From an uncultured bacterium (lineage in GTDB: Bacteria > Pseudomonadota > Gammaproteobacteria > Enterobacterales > Enterobacteriaceae): a stretch of 64,000 nucleotides of DNA. The notes under the pieces were generated by a model. The model ran no database searches. It had not been told where the DNA came from and worked only from the letters and a program-made list of their open reading frames with translations. The position numbers and the translations under genes were made by a program. The number at the start of each line of letters is the position of its first letter. Within the stretch, counting starts at the first letter, position 1. The stretch covers positions 40,015 through 104,014 of the forward strand of contig CBCTJT010000017.1 in NCBI GenBank assembly GCA_965147305.1. The letters run 5' to 3'. Below are positions 1 through 9,161 of this stretch, piece after piece.

Positions 1-237
1 GTGCGCCACTGAAGGCAGCGCCAGACGGTTTTCCAGATGCTGTGTGCCAGGGTCAAACGGCGTGAGCCACGGGGCAAACAGCGCCAGTAATAGCATGACG
101 GCGATGACCGCTAATCCGGCCATCGCCAGCGGGTTGCTGCGCAGGCTGAGCCACAAGCGATAGCGTCGGCCCCACACCGCCTGACGGCGATTGGCTGGCG
201 TGTCGTCCAGCAGCCAGTCACGAGAGAAGAAGATCAT
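1..237 (-). CDS. ABC peptide/nickel-type transporter permease, DppC/DdpC-like (N-terminal 79 codons; gene continues beyond window start)
   Basis: Hand translation of minus strand from ATG at 235-237: MIFFSRDWLLDDTPANRRQAVWGRRYRLWLSLRSNPLAMAGLAVIAVMLLLALFAPWLTPFDPGTQHLENRLALPS, a typical OppC/DppC N-terminus. ATGA start/stop overlap with the upstream permease gene. Confidence 0.7.
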   Translation of the reverse strand, partial: MIFFSRDWLLDDTPANRRQAVWGRRYRLWLSLRSNPLAMAGLAVIAVMLLLALFAPWLTPFDPGTQHLENRLALPSVAH

Positions 238-1244
238 TTTACGCGTGGGTCCCAAAGTCGATAAAGAAGGTCAGCCAGCAGATTGAGCAGCACGTATACG
301 GTACCCACCAGAAGCGTGGCACCGACTACCGGGTTCATGTCGGCGTTCATCAGCGAGGTGGTGAGATACTGCCCGAGGCCTGGCCATGAGAAGACGTTTT
401 CGGTGACGACCGCGCCCTCCAGTAATCCGGCGTAGGTCAGCGCCAGCACCGTCACCAGCTGCACCGCCACGGTAGGAAAGGCATGCCGCCAGATCACCCG
501 GCGTGCTGACAGCCCTTTCGCACGCGCGGTGATCACGAACTCACCGCTGAGCGCGTTCAGCATGAAGGTGCGCGTCATACGCGTGATGTAGGCCATGCTG
601 AAGTAGGCAAGGATCAAGACCGGCTGCGCCATGTGTGCCAGCGCATCCCAGAAGGCATCCGTTTCACCGGCGAGCAATGAGTCGATGGTGAGAAAGCCGG
701 TGACCTGCGGCACCATATCCTGCCAGATGATGTCCTGCCGTCCTGGGCCCGGCACAATGCCGAGTACGGCGTAGAACACCAGCAGGCTCAGCAGCGCCAG
801 CACAAACACTGGCAGTGAATGTCCGGCGAGGCACACCACACGAATGGTCTGATCGACCCACGTGCTTTGGCGCACGGCAGCCCAGACGCCCAATGGAATA
901 CCGATCAGCGCGGCGATAATAATCGCTGCGGTCGCCAGTTCCATGGTCGCCGGGAAGAAGCGCGCAATATCGGTGGTCACCGGGTTCGAAGTGAGAACCG
1001 ATTTACCGAGATCGCCGTGCAGCAGTTGATTGAGGTAGTGGCCGAACTGGATGTAAAGGGGCTGATCCAGCCCCATTTCGATACGCACGCGATCCACCAC
1101 GGACTGCGGTGCGTTATCACCCACCGCCGCCAGCACCGGATCGGTGGGCATCACTCGACCGATAAAGAAGGTCAATACCGACAGACCAAACAGCGTCAGC
1201 ACCAGGCTTCCCAGGGTGCTGACGATTTTCTTCAGTAAAGGCAT
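234..1244 (-). CDS. ABC peptide/nickel-type transporter permease, DppB/DdpB-like (336 aa)
   Basis: ORF 234..1319 trimmed to Met26 (MPLLKKIVSTLGSLVLTLFGL). Its ATG overlaps the SBP stop (1242-1246). Multi-TM protein with the ITARAKGLS permease loop. Confidence 0.85.
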   Translation of the reverse strand: MPLLKKIVSTLGSLVLTLFGLSVLTFFIGRVMPTDPVLAAVGDNAPQSVVDRVRIEMGLDQPLYIQFGHYLNQLLHGDLGKSVLTSNPVTTDIARFFPATMELATAAIIIAALIGIPLGVWAAVRQSTWVDQTIRVVCLAGHSLPVFVLALLSLLVFYAVLGIVPGPGRQDIIWQDMVPQVTGFLTIDSLLAGETDAFWDALAHMAQPVLILAYFSMAYITRMTRTFMLNALSGEFVITARAKGLSARRVIWRHAFPTVAVQLVTVLALTYAGLLEGAVVTENVFSWPGLGQYLTTSLMNADMNPVVGATLLVGTVYVLLNLLADLLYRLWDPRVK

Positions 1245-2839
1245 CAGGCTTTTTTCACCTGATCGTATGGCCATTGCTCCAGCACGGTCATGTGCACATC
1301 CGCGATGTTTTTGCCGCACGCGACATTCTTGGTCTTTTGCATCATGTAGATGAACGGACTTTTCTCGCGGCCCAGTTGCTGAATCTGCTGATAGAGTGCA
1401 ATACGCTTCGCCGGATCCGGCTCATGCAGCGCCTGCTCGGTCAGCTTGTTGAACTCTTCATCTGACCAGCTGCAGCGCCATGCCAGCGTACGGCTGCGAG
1501 CATTTTCGCTGTTGTCGGTATTCACACAGAAAGCTTCGGTGTTCGAGTTCGGATCGAAATAGTCCGCGCCCCACACGGTCAGCGCCAGCTGATGCTGACG
1601 CGCACGCATCTTGGTTAATACCTGACGGTTTTCGGCGGCAATCAACGATACTTTGATGCCAATCGCGCCCAACTGAGTCTGGATCGCCTGAGCGATATCG
1701 GGATACGGCTGCATCGAGTAGTGGTCGAGGGTGATTTCAAATCCATCCGGATAACCCGCTTCTGCCAGCAGCGACTTGGCTTTCGCCACATCTTTGTGGA
1801 ATGGCGTGTCATCCAGCGCTGCCGGGAAGCCGCTTGGCAGGAAGCTTTGATGCGTAATAAAGCTCATCGACAGGATGTTTTTCTGGATGCTGTCGTAATC
1901 CAGCGCCCACTTCAGGGCCTGCCACACCTGCGGCTTTTTCAGGTATTCATTATTGGTGTTGCACGACATCAGCATGATGGCTGACAGCGACTGATTCACC
2001 AGCGACACGTTGCTGTCGTTCTTCACCTGCAACAACTGCTCGGTGGTGAGATCGTAAGCGGCATCCACGTCACCTTTCTTCACCATCAGCGCCTGAGCAG
2101 CCGGGTCAGTGATGTGTTTCAGGATCACGCGCTTAATTTTGCTCTTGTCGGCATACAGCGGGCTCAGCTCGAGGATCACCGTTTCACTGGCTTTCCAGGT
2201 ACGCAGGGTGAACGCACCCGATCCGGCGCTGTGCTGCTTCAGCCACGCATTGCCGAAATCGTTGTTCTGCTGGTTGGCTTCACAGGCTTTCTTCGACACG
2301 ATGCTGCCAACGGTGGCGGAAAGGCAATACAGCAGGAAGGTTTCGGCCGCTGGTGCACCGAGTTTCATCTCCACGGTATGCGCATCTTTCGCGGTGACCA
2401 TCTGCGTCACATTGTCTTTGGTGAAGCCGAACTGGTTGATGATAAAGGCCGGGCTTTTATCCAGTTTGACGATACGTTCAATCGAATAGGCGACATCTTC
2501 CGCCGTCAGTGCTGTACCGTCGGCGAATTTGGCTGCCGGATCGAGATGGAAGGTATAGGTGCTGTTATCGCTGCTCACATCCCAGCTTTTTGCTAGCTGG
2601 CCAATCACTTTATCGGCTTTCTGCGGGTCCGGCGTGACTAAACGCTGATACATATTGCCGCAGATCTGGCCACCGGTGGCTTCAAAGCTTTCATGCGGAT
2701 CGAGGCTGGTGATGTTGTCCAGTTGCATCGCCATCACGAACATACTCGGTGGCGTATCGGCGAAGGCGGTATTGAGACTCAGATAGGATAAAGCAGGGAC
2801 GGCGGCGCATCCTGCGAGAAAATGTCTTCTGGTTACCAT
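1244..2839 (-). CDS. ABC transporter substrate-binding protein, family 5 (peptide/nickel/opine type), twin-arginine-like leader
   Basis: 531-aa ORF. N-terminus MVTRRHFLAGCAAVPALSYLSLNTAFA looks like a Tat signal. Size and sequence style match DdpA/DppA/OppA-family SBPs. First gene of the SBP-permease-permease operon. Confidence 0.85.
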   Translation of the reverse strand: MVTRRHFLAGCAAVPALSYLSLNTAFADTPPSMFVMAMQLDNITSLDPHESFEATGGQICGNMYQRLVTPDPQKADKVIGQLAKSWDVSSDNSTYTFHLDPAAKFADGTALTAEDVAYSIERIVKLDKSPAFIINQFGFTKDNVTQMVTAKDAHTVEMKLGAPAAETFLLYCLSATVGSIVSKKACEANQQNNDFGNAWLKQHSAGSGAFTLRTWKASETVILELSPLYADKSKIKRVILKHITDPAAQALMVKKGDVDAAYDLTTEQLLQVKNDSNVSLVNQSLSAIMLMSCNTNNEYLKKPQVWQALKWALDYDSIQKNILSMSFITHQSFLPSGFPAALDDTPFHKDVAKAKSLLAEAGYPDGFEITLDHYSMQPYPDIAQAIQTQLGAIGIKVSLIAAENRQVLTKMRARQHQLALTVWGADYFDPNSNTEAFCVNTDNSENARSRTLAWRCSWSDEEFNKLTEQALHEPDPAKRIALYQQIQQLGREKSPFIYMMQKTKNVACGKNIADVHMTVLEQWPYDQVKKA

Positions 2840-3038
2840 GACAACTCCAAGTTATTGATTATTAATATTAAATTTAGTTATTTTGCTGTTTTTTGTCTTG
2901 ACTTTCCCCTTGTGCGAGGGGATTAATAACGGAATTAAGTCATTTGTTTCATGCGTGAAGCTTTGCCTCTTTTTGGTGCAATTTGCCCCGCCAGCTGGCA
3001 GTGCCTGCGCTTTCTCCCGAATATGGAACCGACACAAC

Positions 3039-4088
3039 ATGTCTGAAATCATCAACATTCCAGTCTTTGACGGTCATAACGATGTGCTGAATAAACTGTG
3101 GCAGCACCATCAACCTGACGCGGTACAGGCCTTTTTGCAGGGCACTGGGCGCGGTCAGATGGATTTTCCCCGTATCCGTCAAGGCAATATGGTAGGTGGG
3201 ATATTTGCCACCTGGGTGCCGTCTCACCCTTTGATTGCAAGAAGTGCGCCAGACCTCTCAGATTTTCCTCAGGAAATTATTGGCGCTGCGCGTGATGCCA
3301 CTTTTTCGATGCTGGCATTGCTGCTGCGCATCGAACAGGCTTCGGCCGGTCAGGTGAAAATTTGCCGCAGCGTGCGCGATATTCGTGACTGCATCGCTAA
3401 GGGCGTGTTGGCGGTGGTGATGCACGTTGAAGGGGCGGAAGCGCTGGATACCAATGGCGAGCTGCTGGATATCCTGTACGCCAGCGGTCTTCGTACTCTG
3501 GGGCCACTGTGGAGTCGCCCGAATCAATTTGGTGAGGGCGTGCCGTTCCTCTATCCGTCATCACCAGATGTCGGCAACGGCTTAACCGCGGCGGGTAAAC
3601 AACTGGTGCGCGACTGTAATCAGCGCCGCATTATGGTGGACCTGTCGCACATGGATGAGAAGGGCTTCTGGCACACGGCGGAGATCAGCGATGCACCGCT
3701 GGTGGCGAGCCACTCGAATGCCCATGTGATTAGCGCCCAGTCGCGCAACCTCACCGATCGCCAACTGGCGGCGATCAAGGAAACTCACGGCTTTGTCGGC
3801 GTGAATTTCGCCGTGCCGTTCCTGCGGGAAGATGGCGATCGTCATGCGCCAACCACCGTGGATGCCATCGTGCAGCACGTGGAATATCTGCTGGAAAAAG
3901 TGGGGGAAGATGGCGTCGGTTTCGGCTCCGATCTGGATGGTGCCACCATGCCAGGCGACATGAAAGACGTGGCCGGATTCCCACTGGTGGTCAACGCACT
4001 GGCGGCTCGTGGTTATTCGCGCGAATTGCTGGAAAAAATCTGCCATGGCAACTGGCTGCGTGTGCTCGAAGCGACCTGGGGCGAGTAA
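3039..4088 (+). CDS. Membrane (renal-type) dipeptidase, peptidase family M19 (349 aa)
   Basis: ORF 2883..4088 trimmed to Met53 (MSEIINIPVFDGHNDVLNKL), the characteristic M19 N-terminal DGHND motif. Later VDLSH and HSN motifs. Divergent from the ABC importer operon. Confidence 0.8.
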   Translation: MSEIINIPVFDGHNDVLNKLWQHHQPDAVQAFLQGTGRGQMDFPRIRQGNMVGGIFATWVPSHPLIARSAPDLSDFPQEIIGAARDATFSMLALLLRIEQASAGQVKICRSVRDIRDCIAKGVLAVVMHVEGAEALDTNGELLDILYASGLRTLGPLWSRPNQFGEGVPFLYPSSPDVGNGLTAAGKQLVRDCNQRRIMVDLSHMDEKGFWHTAEISDAPLVASHSNAHVISAQSRNLTDRQLAAIKETHGFVGVNFAVPFLREDGDRHAPTTVDAIVQHVEYLLEKVGEDGVGFGSDLDGATMPGDMKDVAGFPLVVNALAARGYSRELLEKICHGNWLRVLEATWGE

Positions 4089-4090
4089 CG

Positions 4091-4999
4091 ATGCGATTGC
4101 GACACATTGAAGTTTTTCAGGCGATAGTGCAGACCGGCAGCATCAGTGCGGCGGCGCGATTGCTCAATGTGTCGCAACCGAATGTCAGCCGCGTTTTGAC
4201 GCACGCCGAGCAGCAGTTGGGTTTTGCGCTGTTTGAGCGCCGTGCACAGGGCATGGTGGTCACGGCCGAAGGGCGACGTTTGTTGCCGGAAGTAGAAGAT
4301 CTCTACCAGCGTTTGCAGACCATAACCCAGCTCACCGAGCAGCTACGACGCGGTGAAGGGCAGATGGTGCGCGTCGGTGCTGCCCATGCCTTTGGCCAGA
4401 TGGTGTTAGCGCCTGCACTGGTGAACTGGCGGCAACAGGCGGCATCGGTGAGCGTGGAGTTGGTCACCGAGCACTTCAGCACGCTGTGCCAGATGATTAT
4501 GGATAATCAGCTCGATTTCGCGCTGGTATTTGGTCAGCAGGTGGATGCCGATTTGCTGGCCGAGCCGCTGTTTCAATCGTCGATGGTGGCGTTATTGCCG
4601 CAGCAGCATACCCATAACGAACCCGCCACGCTGGAGTGGCTGTGCGCCAATAACCTGCTGATGATGCAGAATCAGGACCCGCTCGGGCGCGTCTTGCATC
4701 GCGCATTACGTGATAAGGGTCTGGACCCGGCGGTGTCGCTGTCGATCAAAACTTATTCGGTGATTGCCGATATGGTGCTGGCGGGCGGTGGCGTGGGCGT
4801 GGTGGATCTGTTTACCGCCTGTCGCTATGCCGACCAGTTAAAGCTGCTGCCGGTGGCACAACCGCTGCCGTTTGAGGTGATGCTGATCAGCCGCCGCGAC
4901 CAGCCGCAATCGCAATCGACCCTGCAGTTAAAACAGGTGATCCGCAATAAGTTGTGGGAGATCGCGCGGCAGTGTGAAACGCGGTTTTTTACCTTGTAA
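4091..4999 (+). CDS. LysR-family transcriptional regulator
   Basis: MRLRHIEVFQAIVQTGSISAAARLLNVSQPNVSRVL is a classic LysR wHTH; 302 aa. Start lies 2 nt after the dipeptidase stop, so co-transcription is likely. Confidence 0.9.
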   Translation: MRLRHIEVFQAIVQTGSISAAARLLNVSQPNVSRVLTHAEQQLGFALFERRAQGMVVTAEGRRLLPEVEDLYQRLQTITQLTEQLRRGEGQMVRVGAAHAFGQMVLAPALVNWRQQAASVSVELVTEHFSTLCQMIMDNQLDFALVFGQQVDADLLAEPLFQSSMVALLPQQHTHNEPATLEWLCANNLLMMQNQDPLGRVLHRALRDKGLDPAVSLSIKTYSVIADMVLAGGGVGVVDLFTACRYADQLKLLPVAQPLPFEVMLISRRDQPQSQSTLQLKQVIRNKLWEIARQCETRFFTL

Positions 5000-5038
5000 A
5001 TGACGGCGAACAGACTGCAAACAGACTGCGAACTGATT

Positions 5039-5100
5039 GCGCAATAAATTGCGCCGCTACAAAAAACATGCACCCTGCCGTAGCGGCGCGATTCATCGCG
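5039..5100. repeat. Pair of REP-like palindromes (GCGCAAT-AA-ATTGCGC at 5039-5054; CGCGAT-TC-ATCGCG at 5087-5100)
   Basis: Perfect short palindromes read directly, between the convergent 3' ends of the LysR and MFS genes. Same GC-stem/AT-loop design as other palindromes in the window. Confidence 0.7.
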
Positions 5101-5111
5101 CGATTGACGAC

Positions 5112-6464
5112 TTACACCCCATCCGTAATCGGTTTACGCACCAGCAGCAGATAAGCCAGCGCACCGACCACGGTGACACCTGCACAGATCATCAGCGCCA
5201 GGCTAAATGACTTGGTGGTGTCCAGCACCCAGCCGGTGATTACCGGCGCAAACGAGGCAAACACAAAGCTGGCGAAGTTCTGGATGCTGCCCACCGATGC
5301 CGTCATGCGCGCTGTCACGTTGGCGTGAATCAGACCCCAGCAGGAAGTCCCGGCAAAGTGGATGCAGAACAGCGCCATGCCAATCAGCGCGACTGCGCTG
5401 GAGGTATCTGTGGCACGTGTCACCAGAGTGGTGAAGGCGGCAGACAGCAGCATGCCGCTGACAATCGACACCTTACGCACTTTCACCGCATCCATGCCGC
5501 GACGCACCAGCGCATCCACCACGTAGCCGTTCAACAGCATGCCCGCGGCACCAAACAGGAACGGAATCGCCGCCAGCAAACCGGTGCTTTTCAGATCCAG
5601 ATGATAGGTCGATTGCAGATACCCTGGCAGCCACGCGATATAGAGCCACGCGGTGTAGTTGATGCCGCTAAAGCCAATCATCATGCCCCACATGGTGCGC
5701 TGCTTGAACAGGCCGCGCCACTCGGCAAAGCTCAACGGCTCTTTGCGCGAGGCCACGCTGCCCGCCTGCAGATAGTGAATCTCTTCGCCGCTCAGTTGAC
5801 TGTTATCGCGATTGCGATACATCAGATACCAGCCGATAGCCAGGAACATGCCGAGCACGCCGATGGTGACGAACATGCCGCGCCAGCCCATCACCAGCAT
5901 CATGGCGGCCAGAATCGGTGGCGCAATCGATAGGCCAATCATCGACGCGGCGTTAAACATCCCCATCGGCATACCGCGGTCTTTGATGTTGAACCAGTCG
6001 TTAATCACTTTGACGCCGCACGGGTTCATCGGCGCTTCACCGATCCCGAGCCCGATACGCACCAGCACAAACTGGGTGAAGTTATGCACCAGCCCCGCCG
6101 CCGCCTGAAACAGTGACCAGACAAACATGCCAAGCGCCAGCATGATGCGCGGTCCTTTGCGATCCAGCAGCGCACCACACGGCAGCTGCGCTAAGCCGTA
6201 AGCCAGCGAGAACGCCGACAGCAATACGCCAATCTCGGTGGCCGATAAGCCCAGCTCGCCGCGAATGGTCATGTTGGCCACCGACAGCGAGCTGCGATCG
6301 AGATAGTTGATGATGGCGGCAAACAGCAGCAGCAACATGGCGGTAACCTGAATCTTTCTAATGCGCGGTGAGCGCACCACATCACTGCGCGCCGGGACAA
6401 AGTCTTGTCCGTCGGCGACCGGTGCTGGCGCGGCGTCACGGCCACGTGCAGATGTATTTTCCAT
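5112..6464 (-). CDS. lgoT: MFS transporter, anionic sugar-acid (ACS/DgoT-GudP) family; L-galactonate transporter-like
   Basis: ORF 5112..6536 trimmed to MENTSARGRD (GGGAGG SD 7 nt upstream). 12-TM MFS. Position downstream of an lgoR-like gene and opposite an lgoD-like gene matches E. coli yjjL-yjjM/yjjN. Confidence 0.65.
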   Translation of the reverse strand: MENTSARGRDAAPAPVADGQDFVPARSDVVRSPRIRKIQVTAMLLLLFAAIINYLDRSSLSVANMTIRGELGLSATEIGVLLSAFSLAYGLAQLPCGALLDRKGPRIMLALGMFVWSLFQAAAGLVHNFTQFVLVRIGLGIGEAPMNPCGVKVINDWFNIKDRGMPMGMFNAASMIGLSIAPPILAAMMLVMGWRGMFVTIGVLGMFLAIGWYLMYRNRDNSQLSGEEIHYLQAGSVASRKEPLSFAEWRGLFKQRTMWGMMIGFSGINYTAWLYIAWLPGYLQSTYHLDLKSTGLLAAIPFLFGAAGMLLNGYVVDALVRRGMDAVKVRKVSIVSGMLLSAAFTTLVTRATDTSSAVALIGMALFCIHFAGTSCWGLIHANVTARMTASVGSIQNFASFVFASFAPVITGWVLDTTKSFSLALMICAGVTVVGALAYLLLVRKPITDGV

Positions 6465-6635
6465 TGCAACCTCCCAGGTCTGGGGTCTTATCGTTATCGA
6501 GGATTGGGTCCTGCGGCAGCGAAACGGTGCTGCCACAACGGATTGCCTTGGAGACTAGAAGTAAACCGGCCGGGATGTTGCGAGGATGTTTCAGATTCGT
6601 GCGGGCGCTTAAGAATTGTGGTTTTTAATCGGTTT

Positions 6636-7538
6636 TTAATTGTACTGACGAATACAGCGGATCATTGATGACTTTGCCGTGCCGAGATGGTTATGTAGCG
6701 CGCATAGCGCTTCGACATCCCGGCGGCTAATTAACGCGGTCAAAATCGCCATGTGTTCTTCCAGCGCGACGATATTTCTCTGCTTTAGATCTGTTTCATC
6801 CCATTGATAATGCGAATGAAAAATCACGGATATAATCTCCAGTGACTGGTTGAAGAACGGATTGTTCGCCGCCGACAGAATCAGCGTGTGCATCTCTTTA
6901 TCCAGCGCGGCAAAGTGACGATAGTTGCTGGCGATGGTGTCGCGCATGGAACGATGGCGATCCAGCAGATCACGTGCCTGAATCCAGCGTTCATCGCTGG
7001 AGGGCAGGTTGAGGAAACGGGTAAGTGCATGTGTTTCCAGCATTTCGCGCAGTTCGAACAGGTTCTCGGCGTAGGGCTGATCAAACTTCTTCATACGCCA
7101 ATGGCCGCGCTTCACCGGTTCCAGCAGGTCGTAACGCATAAACCGCAGCAGAAACTCGCGCACCACCACCGGACTGGCCTTAACCTGTTGTGCCAATTGC
7201 AACTCACTAAAGCTGTCACCGGGCATCAGCTGACGCTGATTAATCAGATTAAAAAACGCCTGTTCAAACAGACGCGCTTGTTGATCGATCGGCGGCGTTA
7301 ACGCGCCAAAACCGTCCTCTTCGCTGGGATCGCGCACGATGACGTAGGTTTCTTCAACTTTATCCAATACGCCGCGCTCATGCAGATGCTGCAGGGTATG
7401 GCGCACGGTGGTGCGGCTGATATTGAACATTTCAGCCAGCGCGGCCTGCGGCGGGAGCGGAGAACGGATGTGGCGTTTGGCGATGCCTTCCAGCATTTGG
7501 TTGATCACGTTCTGGCGTAAATTCAGGCTTCGGCTCAT
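6636..7538 (-). CDS. lgoR: GntR-like (FCD domain) regulator, LgoR/YjjM-like
   Basis: ORF trimmed to MSRSLNLRQNVINQMLEGIAKRHIRSPLPPQAALAEMFNISRTTVRHTL (wHTH). About 300 aa, as for YjjM. GGAGAA SD. Divergent from the dehydrogenase gene. Confidence 0.65.
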   Translation of the reverse strand: MSRSLNLRQNVINQMLEGIAKRHIRSPLPPQAALAEMFNISRTTVRHTLQHLHERGVLDKVEETYVIVRDPSEEDGFGALTPPIDQQARLFEQAFFNLINQRQLMPGDSFSELQLAQQVKASPVVVREFLLRFMRYDLLEPVKRGHWRMKKFDQPYAENLFELREMLETHALTRFLNLPSSDERWIQARDLLDRHRSMRDTIASNYRHFAALDKEMHTLILSAANNPFFNQSLEIISVIFHSHYQWDETDLKQRNIVALEEHMAILTALISRRDVEALCALHNHLGTAKSSMIRCIRQYN

Positions 7539-7673
7539 GCGTTTCTCCGGTTTTTTATTTATTAAAAACCACACAAAGCCCAAAAAAAGGGCGCTGCCTC
7601 ACACTTCAGCATGCGCAAAAAGCGCGAGTCCCCGATTTTCGCCAAAACTGCGACATCAGCACAGGAGAAGCCC

Positions 7674-8702
7674 ATGACAACAATGAAAACCCTGGTGGTT
7701 GCCGAGCCGCGCAATATGGTGTGGCAGCAGCGTGAGAAACCGACCCCAGCCGCTCAGGAGGTTCTGATTAAACCAATTGCCGCCGGGATTTGCGGCACTG
7801 ATATTCATGCCTGGGCGGGTAATCAGCCGTTCTTTAGCTATCCACGCGTGCTGGGCCATGAGCTGTGTGGCGAAGTGATGGAACTGGGCAACCGGGTCAC
7901 GAATTTTAAAGTGGGGCAGCGCGTGGCGCTGATTCCCTATGTTGCTTGTCAGCAGTGCGATGCCTGCCTGAGCGGTAAAACCAACTGCTGCGAGAATATC
8001 TCGGTGATTGGTGTGCATCAGGACGGCGGTTTCTGCGAGTACCTCAGCGTACCCGCCAGCAACCTGCTGGCGGTGGATGATGTTGCGCCGGAAGCGGCGG
8101 CACTGATCGAGCCTTTTGCGATTAGTGCACATGCGGTACGTCGTGCTGCAGTGGTCGCCGATGAGCAGGTGCTGGTGGTCGGCGCTGGACCGATTGGTTT
8201 AGGCGTCGCCGCGATTGCTGCGGCAGCGGGCGCGCAGGTAGTGGTGGCCGACACCAGTGAACCGCGACGCGCGCATGTCGCCGAAAAGCTCGGACTCGCG
8301 ACCATCAATCCGATGGCAGAAGACTTCGAAGCTTCGCTACGTGTGGAATTTGGTGGGCGTCTGGCGGCGAAAGTGATTGATGCCACCGGCAATCCGGCGG
8401 CGATGAACGGTGCGGTGAAATTAATTCGTCATGGCGGCACTATTGTGTTTGTTGGCTTGCACAAAGGGGATTTGGTGATCCCGGATATCGAGTTCCACAA
8501 ACGCGAAACCACCTTGATGGGCAGCCGCAATGCCACGCACGAAGATTTCGCGAAAGTGGGCGAACTGATGGCTTCGGGTGAGCTTCGTGCCGATATCATG
8601 CTGAATCGGCATTATGATTTTTCTACTTTGGCGGAGACCTTTGAGTCAGAGGTGATCAACAATCGTGAGTTGATTAAGGGCGTGATTCATTTCGCGAGGT
8701 AG
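7674..8702 (+). CDS. lgoD: Zn-dependent medium-chain dehydrogenase, L-galactonate-5-dehydrogenase-like
   Basis: ORF trimmed to MTTMKTLVV (AGGAGAAG SD). GICGTDIHAWAGNQPFFSYPRVLGHE zinc-ADH motif, GAGPIGLG Rossmann motif; 342 aa. Synteny with lgoR/lgoT. Confidence 0.7.
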   Translation: MTTMKTLVVAEPRNMVWQQREKPTPAAQEVLIKPIAAGICGTDIHAWAGNQPFFSYPRVLGHELCGEVMELGNRVTNFKVGQRVALIPYVACQQCDACLSGKTNCCENISVIGVHQDGGFCEYLSVPASNLLAVDDVAPEAAALIEPFAISAHAVRRAAVVADEQVLVVGAGPIGLGVAAIAAAAGAQVVVADTSEPRRAHVAEKLGLATINPMAEDFEASLRVEFGGRLAAKVIDATGNPAAMNGAVKLIRHGGTIVFVGLHKGDLVIPDIEFHKRETTLMGSRNATHEDFAKVGELMASGELRADIMLNRHYDFSTLAETFESEVINNRELIKGVIHFAR

Positions 8703-9100
8703 TCGGTGCGTATCACTGCGCGCGAATGCGGGCCTGAGCGCCTCTGCTGCTGCCGGGCCGTACTCGCGTCTCACTGCGCGCGAATGCGGGCCAGAGTACC
8801 TCTGCTGCTGCCGGGCCGTCCTCGCGCCGCTGACGCGGTGCCTTCGGCTTCCACGTCGTGCCTACGGACCGTTCGGGTAAGGCCGTCCTGGCCAACCCGA
8901 ACTGCCAGTCGCATCCCTGCGCCTGGCTCCTGGCCCAACGTAAAAGCCTCAGCGCTGCGGTTAGCCCTTGCAGCAGCAGAGGCGCTCTGGCCTCAGCTAT
9001 CGTGCCGTTTTTAACAGCATGCACTGTAGCTGAAGAGCGTGCTGGGGCTGTTCAGGGGAAGAGGCGCGCTCTGGCCTCAACCATAGTGTCCTTTTAAAAG
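8703..9100. repeat. Composite GC-rich palindromic intergenic element: two tandem left arms, ~140-bp core, two right arms
   Basis: Left arms 8712-8766 and 8769-8826 (CACTGCGCGCGAATGCGGGCC.GAG..CCTCTGCTGCTGCCGGGCCGT.CTCGCG) are direct repeats. Their inverse complements occur at 8966-9014 and 9055-9100 (GCAGCAGCAGAGGCGCTCTGGCCTCA). A compact copy lies at 21841-21940. Confidence 0.8.
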
Positions 9101-9161
9101 ACTGCGTGATCACCCGGCGCTTAACTGGCAAGCATTACGCCATTGATAGCGACCACCGATC

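Noticed and set aside
982-990. tRNA T-arm-like GGGTTCGAA
   Set aside because: It lies inside the permease coding frame, with no flanking acceptor or anticodon stems. Judged a chance match. No tRNA genes were found in the window.
8706-9024. Two mutually antisense ~100-aa ORFs (Arg/Ala/Pro-rich) in the lgoD-hydrolase spacer
   Set aside because: Both lie entirely within the GC-rich palindromic repeat cluster. Their open frames are a by-product of repeat composition, and no SD is present.
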